From Amphiscolops sp. MND2022 (taxonomy: Eukaryota), in NCBI GenBank assembly GCA_964187785.1, contig OZ076409.1, positions 75,952,001 through 76,016,000 on the forward strand: a stretch of DNA of 64,000 bases. Direction: 5' to 3'. This document shows, piece by piece, positions 1 to 9,274 of this stretch (the stretch's first letter is position 1; each line of letters starts with the position of its first letter). The notes below the pieces were generated by a model, which searched no databases, had not been told where the DNA came from, and saw only the letters and a program-made list of their open reading frames with translations. The position numbers were made by a program, and so were the translations under genes.

Positions 1-10
1 CACCGTCCGT

Positions 11-79
11 GGGCATGCCGAGGCATGCCCTTCGACGACGTATGCCAAATGCCCAGTGCCACGCAGTCATTATCGCTAG
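11..79 (+). repeat. Terminal module (example copy): 20-nt perfect hairpin, tail and CTAG 3' end
   Basis: GGGCATGCC-GA-GGCATGCCC at 11-30 and CTAG at 76-79. A subterminal hairpin plus CTRR is the established Helitron 3' signature. Confidence 0.9.
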
Positions 80-1367
80 GTGCCGGGATTTCTATTCGAT
101 AAAGTATGTGGCGCGCCTTGGGTAGGGTCCCTTGCGCGCTCTTGGGTATGGTGTTCACCAGCTAGGAAATAGGGGTCGATTTTTCGGGATCTCCTAAACT
201 AGCCACACGATTTGGCTGAAATTTGGCACACGTACTCCCCTCGGCATGGTGAAGATGATTCCCTACTAGCGTTTTGCTCGAAAAATTTTTTTTGTTGTCC
301 AAAATAACGGTTTTTGGGGTAAAATTTTGAATTTTTTTTAAATTTTATCTTATATCTCGCCACGGGTTTACGCTAGCGCTTCAAGACCCTGCTAAAGAAA
401 GCTTGCAAACTGTCTCAGGAATGCGGTGTGAAATTTTCAGCTCAATCGGACTTAAACTCAGGGAGATATAGCGTTTTTCCGGAGCGGGGGGGTTTCATTT
501 TTCTAACGGTCCAGCTTATCTTTGCCATTTTTTCGAAAATGCACTCGCCTAAAGGCCTCCCCTGGCCGGTTTTATTCCCAGCAAAACCATTTGGCCCTAA
601 ATACGGAGTTTCAGCGTTCCAGCATTCCCGGGCGAAAAGTTGTGGGACTTAGAAAGTTTCAAAAATTTTCAAAAAAAAATTTTTCCGTTTTCCGCCCTCC
701 CCCCCTAGGGGAAAAGACCCCCCAACCAGTAATTTGAGTGAATTCATGTGGAAAGGCCATGTTTGGAGGAGAAAAATACCGTTTAGATCGTCTTTTTATC
801 TTGGCTCAACGTTGACTTATGACGTTTTGAAGGTGATGTTTGGAGAAGTAAAGCACGTGAAATGTAAACGTTATGAGTATTTATATGATCTTAAAGCCAT
901 TGAGATGCAATCTGTTTTGCTCAAAACGTAATTCATATCCGTTTGGTAGTCAATCAACACCCTTTGTTGTCATTTGACATCTTTTTTTGTTGATATAAGA
1001 AAAAATTTTGTGTATTTATTCATTTTTTTCTCATCAAATAACTTGAAACAGTTGAGTACATTCCATCCCCCCTTCACGGGGGAGATGAGAATGTACTCGC
1101 AAAAAGCCCCAAACTACGGCCCTTACCTTCCTGAGCTACGCAGTATAAAGATTGCATATTGGTTCCGACATTTTGATAGAGTTATATCTTGGTAATCTGT
1201 CTGGGTATGCAGAAAAACCAGCACGTGCTTTTTTATACCAAGTTGCTCACAACGACATTTATTTTATATCAACGCCCCCATATTTATCAACGCCCCCCGT
1301 CCGTGGGCATGCCGAGGCATGCCCTTCGACGACGTATACCAAAATATGTTCGAGCGCGTTAGCCTAG
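80..1367 (+). mobile_element. Non-autonomous unit 1, family A (head GTGCCGGGATT), 1288 bp
   Basis: Bounded by CTAG|GTG junctions. Similar to units at 18743, 21281 and 46172. Confidence 0.8.
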
Positions 1368-2634
1368 GTGGCCGTGTCTTTTCGACGTGCTTTTGCATCG
1401 AGGAGTGGGTAGGGCCCCGCGACGACCTAGAAGAATTGGATGCTCACCGAAACGTGCAGAATTCTACGAGATCTCATAGTTTGAGCCATACGATTTTGCT
1501 GAAATTTGGCATGTGGCCTGGAATTGGTGAGTAGGTAAAACGTGTAGGAGGTGATTTTTCCCAAATTCCACTGTGAGACGAGATATGGGCAAATAACGGT
1601 CCCAAAAATGGCAAAAATGCACTTTTTTCAACTTTGTCAGCCCATATCTCGTTCCCAGGTGCCCGGAGCGGGACGCGTTAAGCTGATTATAAACTCTAGG
1701 GTGTTGAGGCTGTACGGGGAAGTCAGGCCCGTTCCGATCGGACTTGTAGTCTTGGAGAAATAACGGTATTTTTGGGGAACCTTTTCTAACGGTCCAGCTT
1801 ATCTTTGCCATTTTTTCGAAAATGTACTCGCCTAAAGGCCTCCCCCTGGCCGAATTTACTCCCAGCAAAACCATTTGGCCCTAAATACGGAGTTTCAGCG
1901 TTCCAGCATTCCCGGGCGAAAAGTTGTGGGACTTGGAAAATTTTCAAAAATTTTCAAAATTTTTTTTTTCGTTTTCCGGGCCCCCAATGAAGGGGAAACG
2001 ACCCCCAACCAGTATTTTGAGTGAATTCATGTGGAAAGCCCTTGTTTTGACGAGAAAAATACCGTTTAGAACATCTTTTTATCTTGACTCAACGTTGACT
2101 TATGACGTTTTGAATGTGATGTAAGGATGTAGGAGGCATGTGATAAGTTGATGTTTTGAGTCTTTATCACATATGAAAGCGGTTGAGATGCAAGCTGTCC
2201 TGCTCAAAACGTCTTTCGTTGTAATTTTCCAGTGCACCAATACCCTTTGGTGTCATATAAACATACTTTTCGTCGATATATTAACAATTTTAATGTATTT
2301 ATTCCCATTTTTATTATCTTATAACTCAAAACAGTTGAGTACATTTCATCTCCCTTTCGGGGGAGATGAGAATGTACTCGCTAAAGACCTAGCGCCATGA
2401 CCAAAAGTTTGAAACCCACGTTTTTTATCTTCTTACAGACTTGTTTTTGTATTTTTTCGGAATTTTTTAAAAATTAATATACTTGAAATACATTACTTGA
2501 CTTTACTACTACAACCCACCTCCAACGACAACGCCCCCCTGCTTGCATCAACGCCCACCGTCCGTGGGCATGCCGAGGCATGCCCTTCGACGACGTATGC
2601 CAAATGCCCAGTGCCACGCAGTCATTTTCGCTAG
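1368..2634 (+). mobile_element. Non-autonomous unit 2, family B (head GTGGCCGTGTCTTTTCG), 1267 bp
   Basis: Near-identical to units at 39815 and 44903. Confidence 0.8.
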
Positions 2635-4029
2635 GTGGTCGGGTATTTTTTTTTACTCGTATATGACGTTTGCGAGGCTTTGGGGAGGGCCCCGTGCCGA
2701 GCCTGTACCGAAATTGGCCACATGTAGAAATCTGGCACTAAAATGCGAGATCTCAAAAAGTAGCCGTTAGAAATTTCTGAAAATTTGCATGTGGCTCTGA
2801 ATCAATGAGTAATGAAAAAGTGTAGAAGTGACTACCTCTGAAAAAATGGTCCTTGTTGCACTTTTTGCGCAATTTCTGTCGCATTGTTGCGTTTTTTATG
2901 TCATTTTCGACTTTGGAGGCAAAAAACTCATAGATGCTTTATTCCTAGCGTACCAAGTGTGGAGCAGGAAAAGTTGCAGCATCTTCAATAACGTATGCTG
3001 AGAAAATTTGGTTGCCCTCTGGTTACCCCCCACAGAGATAGAGGGGTGCTTCCGGTTACTTTTGACCCGCTAAATTTGGGAAACTGCTAATTTTCGTAAA
3101 GAAGCCGTAGATTTAGCGTGTCCACACCCTGCTGAAGTATTGTTAGGCATTTTAAGATAGATCCGATGACATGCGTTCAGTTCACCCCCCATCACCCCCT
3201 GGACCGGAAATGAATTTTTTTGTGTACTTTAAGACCGGAAGTCTCCATTTTCACCGGTAAGGAGTCCTTGTACGAGCAACTAGCAAGACATCAAAATTGA
3301 AGGAAAACCTGGGGTCAACTTAGTGACCACGTCTTGTCCAGTCATGGGTTCCGCTAAGACCGGAAATGGGGTCAAAACCCCCCTTTTGGTCGTTTTTTTA
3401 TCAGTTTGACCAGAGTTTTTTCCATGTTCAAGTCGCAATGCACATCAAACCAGTGTGAACATAAACTACATATTTATTAAGTAGACGTACCTGACACTGC
3501 CATATACCGGAAGTAACCCCCCTGACCGGAAGTTGTCAATTTTGACCAGAAATGGTCCAAAAAGTAGCGATAAATCAGTTTCTCACTGGTTTTTAGGTCA
3601 AGTTATTACTTTTTTTTCTTTCTTATTGTTTTTTTCCTACTGAAAAACATACTTTGTAGCTTGTTTGGCTAAAGTTCTGGAAAGGGATCACCTTTATCAC
3701 CCCCGATAGCCTTCCAAGTTGACCTTGGGTCAATCTTGAAGGCTATCAGTTCAGAAAACGAAAAATTGTGGAAATTGGGTTTCTCCTTTTTGTTGTAATT
3801 TTTTCCATAAAGTCAATATGTTAAATGAGGCTTTTGTTCACCTGAGTGATCTGAAACTTGTCCAGAGGTGTCACACACACTAATACCATTTCAAGTTGAA
3901 GTAAACATATGAGGGTAGTATTAGACAACATCACACACAATTACCAACGCCCACCGTCCGTGGGCATGCCGAGGCATGCCCTTCGACGACGTATGCCAAA
4001 TAGCGCCACAGGGCGCCCCTATTTGCTAG
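2635..4029 (+). mobile_element. Non-autonomous unit 3, family C (ACCGGAAGT-rich), 1395 bp
   Basis: Bounded by junctions. Related to 4030-5418 and to the first ~1 kb of 47462-49631. Confidence 0.75.
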
Positions 4030-5418
4030 GTGGTTGGGGCGGTCCCCAGAACGCACAAGGAGGCGCGGGGAGGGTCCTGCGCCGACGTAGAATAATTTCA
4101 TATAATACTAGTATCCTACATGGGTGTTTTAGAGGCGATTTTGGAATCTAACCGTAGGATTTGGATAATTTTTTGCATGCGGCCATAACTCGAAATTCTA
4201 AGAACTTTTTCCTACTGTCATTTTCCCCGCAAATTGTTTTTTGTTGACTTATGGCCGAAAAACCGGAAATAACGTCCTTTTTAGACGTTATATCCGAAGT
4301 GTCGTCATAACTTTTTTCCAGGGCATGCTAGCGTTCTCGTTCGCTTTTACACTTAGTTGCAGCATCTCAAAATACAACTGGTGGAAAATTTTGGTTGCAT
4401 TCGGATCACCCCCCACCGAGATAGAAGGGTTCCCCCCTCCAGTTTTACCCCCCAAATTTGCAAAATAGCCAATTTTGAGCATGAAGCCGAGGATTTAGCG
4501 TACCCGCACCCTCCTGATGTTTTGTTGTACGTATTGGGGTCAATCTGACGACTTGTGTGGTTTTCACCCCCAACCCCCCCTTGGAACGGAAATGACACTT
4601 TTTTGTGTTTTTTGGCAGAATTTAGCCTTTTTCATTATTAGGCAGTCGTTTTAGGGACTCCTAGCAGGATATCGAAATTGAAATACAACCTGATCACAAC
4701 CCAGTGACAATATGTTGGCCACTTGGAGGTATCATCATGACCGGAAGTGGGGTCAACCCCCCTTTTTGTGACCGCTTTTTGACCTTGTGCACCAAAATGC
4801 CAACATCTTGAGGCCTAATGAGGCATTCAAATCTGTACAAAGATAAAATGTTAGACAACCGAAGTCCCGGAAGATCTTTAGCATATACCGGAAGTTACCC
4901 CCCATGACCGGAAGTTACCAAATGTGACCGGAAATGGTCCAAAAATTAATGAAAAGTTGAATTTTTCACTATTTCAAGACCACTTAATTGAAACTTTTCA
5001 ATCTCAAAACTAGCGTACTGGCTTGTTTTGCTGAATTTATGGAAATTGATGAGCTCTATCGCCCCCGATAGCCTTCGAAGTTGACCTTGCGTCAACTTTG
5101 GAGGCTATCGATAAAGAAAAATGAACAACAAAGTACATTGTTTCTCTCGTTTTTTTCCCGTTGTTTTTCCTCAAACTTTCTTGTGACATATACATGGCCG
5201 TTAGTTGAAATCAATATTAAGCCCATGTTATAGCTGGAGCAGCGAAGCGTTACACAGACTAGTGTGGTTCTGAAATCACACTTTTTAAATTAACAACTGA
5301 CCGTCTTAGTCAACTCCACACATTCATACCAACGCCCACCGTCTGTGGGCATGCCGAGGCATGCCCTTCGACGACGTATGACGAATCCATTCCAACGACA
5401 CCCGCAGTCCTCAGCTAG
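4030..5418 (+). mobile_element. Non-autonomous unit 4, family C, 1389 bp
   Basis: Bounded by junctions. Shares the internal hairpin GATAGCCTTC...GGCTATC and ACCGGAA repeats with unit 3. Confidence 0.75.
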
Positions 5419-6692
5419 GTGGCCGCGTCTTTTAGATGGACTTTTAACCCTGAGGCGCGGGTAGGGTCCTGCGCCGAAACAGAGAAATTATACTACTGCA
5501 CATAGTCCCGTTCCAGCAACGATCTCGAAAACTGACCGTTAGAAATTCCTGAAAATTTGCATGTGGCCCCCAATTGGCAAGCAATGAAAAAGTGTAGGAA
5601 GTCATTTTTCCCAAATTCCATTGTGAGAGGAGATATATGAAAAAAACGGACCCCAAAATGACGGAAATTTCACTTTTTGACAAAAAATGTGACATTATCT
5701 CCTCAGGCAAGGTTCGGAGCGAAATTTGTCAGAACCCAAACCTCCAGCAGACTGTTAGAGCAGTGCACACAGTAAATTTCAAGGAAATCGGATTATCACA
5801 TGTGGAGAAATTGACGTTTTTCCGGCGAAATTTCTGGCAAGTGCAGTCTATCTCTGCCATTTTTTGCCCAAAATTTTTCCGAGACCCTCTCCTAAAGGCC
5901 TCCCCTGGCCCAATTTCCTCCCAAAAAAACCATTTGGCCCTAAATACGAGGTTTCAGCGTTCCAGCATACCCGTGCGAAATTTTATGGGACTTAAAAAAT
6001 TTTCAAAAATTTTCAAATTTTTTCTGAAAAAGTTCAGGCCGCCCAAAGTGAAGAAACTTCCACACAACTAGTATTGCAAGTGAATGCATGTGGAAAGCCC
6101 TGCACTTGACGAGAAAAATGCCGTTTAGAACGTCTTTTTATCTTAACTTGACGTTGACTTATGATCTTTTGAGTATGGTATAACACGTGATCACAGTAGT
6201 AACAGTCCTAAGTTTCAATTTTTTTTTCAAACAAAAACGCATGAAAAGAACCTGGAAAAGGTACTGATAGGTCAGTTGGGATATCTGAAGCCTGTGTACA
6301 TTCCCGTAGTGTATAGCGGAGGTATTTGAGACTTATTAGAAATTGTGATATATTTTATACAAGTCTTTTTTTCTCTTAGAATCTTATGCCGTTGAGTACA
6401 TTCCATCTCCCTCTCAGGGGAGATGTGAATGTACGTTTGCCAAATGCCTTGTAAAGTTCACATCTTTGATGGATTAAACTAAGTAAACAAGTGTGAGTTG
6501 CGTTTGCCGAATCACTACAGCAAAAAATATTATAACTTTAGTGAGATTGAATGCTTTTTGTCTTTAGTGTTTTTTCTTGCATAGCCGACTTCCACATCCA
6601 AATATCAACGCCCACCGTCCGTGGGCATGCCGAGGCATGCCCTTCGACGACGTATGCCAAATACCATATGCCACGCAGTCTTTTCCCGCTAG
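5419..6692 (+). mobile_element. Non-autonomous unit 5, family D (head GTGGCCGCGTCTTTT), 1274 bp
   Basis: Bounded by junctions. 3' half is highly similar to unit 23827-25098. Confidence 0.8.
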
Positions 6693-7832
6693 GTGCCGGG
6701 ATTTCTATTCGTTCAAGGATGTTGCGCGTGTGGGTAGGGCCCCTGGCGCGCTCTTTTATTTCGGGTACACCTACTCCAAATTCACGATGTGATTTCGACG
6801 ATCTCGTAAACTAGCCACACGATTTGGCTGAAATTTGGCACACAGCTCCGTTGGAACATTGTAAGAACAAATCCCTACTGACGTTTTGCCCGCTAAACAT
6901 TTTTTGTTGGTCAAAAATGCGATTTTCCGACAAAATTTTTGACTTTTTTTTCTTTTTCAACTCATATCTCGCCACAGGGTTACGCTAGCGCTTTGCAACC
7001 TATGATCCTTTTTTGTAGGGCATTGCATGTAGAACACGTATGCCAAATTTGGTGGCGATCGGACTTAAACTCAGGGAGATATAACGATTTTTTAGGTGCA
7101 TTTTTTGACATTTTTTGCTTTTGCTGATTTATCTTTGCCGTTTTTTGCCCAGATTTTTTTTGAGACACTCTCCTAAAGACCTCCCCTGGCCGGTTTACCT
7201 CCCAGCAAAACCATTTGGCCCTAAATACGAAGTTTCAGCGTTCTAGCATTCCCGGGCGAAAAGTTGTGGGACTTAGAATAATTTTTTGGAAACGCAAAAT
7301 GTGTAAAGTCAACTTCAGGCCTCCCAAAGTCAGGGAACTTCCACACAACTAGGATTGCAAGTGGATGCATGTGGAAAGTACTGGGATAGACGAGAAAAAT
7401 GAGCTATAGAACGACTCTGTAGCTTAACTTGACGTTGACTTATGACAATTTTAGTGTGAGCTTGCTAAGGGGTCCGAAAGTCAAAAATTGAAAATTGAGT
7501 TATTCCAAAGCAAATACTCCTTTATATAGGCTAATTAGGTATCAGTAACGTGAAACACGGTTGTACGGAGCGATTATTATCATAGGCGATACGGTTCGTT
7601 CAAAAAAATGTCCAAAAATTTTTTCTCTTTTTTCGTAGGTTTTTTGTCTAGGATTTTTTTCTTTGGTTTTTTCCTTAGGTTATAGGTGTAGGTTATAGAT
7701 TAGGCTTTTTCTAAGGTCCTGTTTTGCTTTCCCTGTTCACTGCATAGTTTGTTTTTAGTGGCAGAAGAAGACGACGACGACCAAGCATACGAGTTTTTCT
7801 TTTTTTTTCCTTGGGTTTTCTTCGGGTTAATG

Positions 7833-7930
7833 GCTATCCCGAAACCAGGTGCTCCTGCTCGAGGGCTTCTCGGGCGCTGGTTTCGTGTATGGGGCTTTCC
7901 CCCCCAGTAGGTAACCTCTGCCCAAATTTT
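7833..7930. other. Hairpin module, diverged copy (stem CGAAACCAG/CTGGTTTCG followed by CCCCCCCAGTAGGTAACCTCTGCCCAAATTTT)
   Basis: Perfect 9-bp inverted repeat at 7840-7848/7877-7885 with an inner stem. The 3' box is shared with the modules at 8557, 26228 and 26965. Confidence 0.5.
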
Positions 7931-8556
7931 CAAACGTCCCTCGTAATTCGCATTTTGCCGGTGTCTTTTTTTTACGGGCGTTTCGTCGAAAAAGATAGAA
8001 TTTTTCTCGGAACCGGCAAAATCGGAAAATCAATCACAAAATAAACGACGTCGAGAAATCAATCAGACTTAACGGCGTCCAGTTGCTACAAAGAAGAAGT
8101 ACAGATTAACCATGCTTCAGTTTCAGGTGCCAATCAATCAAGCTCAAGATGTCTTTTTTTGTAACTTATTAAATAGTCCATAAAATTATGGAAATTAGGA
8201 AAATTTTCAAAGGTTGGTTTTTTTTTGAAATTTAATGCAACTTATTAACATATGTGCCAAAGCTTTTGAAAGCATTAGGAGAAATCAATATAAAGTAAAC
8301 CAATATGCAGTTTAACTGTTCTAACTTCCTTCAGTTTTAGTTCACAGATGAAGATTCGCCGTAGCGATACGTAACGTTTTTTATCTAAATCGAATTTGCG
8401 GAGACTCAATCTGCCTATCGTTCGCACGGTCGTTATTGAGCATAAATTACGCTCATTGAAAAAGTGCGTGATCAGCGTCGTTCAATTTTTACGTGTAATT
8501 ATCATAGGTGCCCATATGTTAAATTGTAAGAATAGAGGTAATAGGTTTTCAAAATC

Positions 8557-8660
8557 CGGCTCATCAGAAGTTAGCTTGCGGCGTTATGCTGAAGGCCCTT
8601 CTGATGATGCTATGTCCCCCCTTTTTTAGTGGGTAACCTATGCCCAAATTTTTTTCCAGC
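8557..8660. ncRNA. Candidate structured RNA/ssDNA module, copy 1
   Basis: Stem TCATCAGAAG/CTTCTGATGA plus a small hairpin TGGGTA-ACCTA-TGCCCA. Conserved with compensatory changes at 26228 and 26965. Confidence 0.5.
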
Positions 8661-9274
8661 AATTTTTCCCAGCATTTTTGTTTTTTGTGAGTCTTAACCA
8701 AAATAATTTCTGATACATATTTTTGATTAAATATTACTTCTTAAAGTAGCTTTTCATTGAATGGTTTTAATACAATCAGAATTGTTTTTCCTTGTAAAGT
8801 TTTTTTGTAATATGAGTTTGTAACTGATGTACATGAGAATGAATTCCACCAATAAAAGACTCGAAACCTCTTGTACTGTATGTTTGATGTATGTTTATTT
8901 TATACTGAGAGTCAAGTAGGACATTACGTCTCTCGATCAAATCATAGATTTTCTTCGCTCTTTTATTTCGTTAATTGCTATTTTCCAAGTGGAACCGCTT
9001 CACACATTTGATTTTGCAAAGAAACATTGAACAAAGGTATTGTTTTAGCATATTTAGAATCAAAATTGAATTTTTCACGTTTGAAAGATTATAAGATTTA
9101 CAAGTTCTCTGATTTTATCCATCGTCTAAAACTTGATTGACTCGATTTTGGTAATTGTTCCAGTGGCGCTTCAACTATTAATTCGATTTCATTAGCCAAT
9201 TCGGTTGATCCGTATCAAATTTTAGTCCCAATGAGATACTGAAATGTTCAATTTCGTTTCATATTTTCAGGGAT

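Noticed and set aside
428..6814. Recurrent short ORFs in the units (e.g. the 136-aa minus-strand ORF at 1464-1874 and its copies; 5637-6071)
   Set aside because: They recur only because the DNA is repeated. Most start at non-ATG codons, frames break between families, and no domain is recognisable.
7670..7710. TTAGG-like telomeric or microsatellite tract
   Set aside because: Only a few degenerate copies, too weak to call.
8557..8625. Hammerhead ribozyme suggested by CTGATGA
   Set aside because: CTGATGA is paired in the stem, becomes TTGATGA in copy 3, and no conserved stem II-GAAA follows on either strand.
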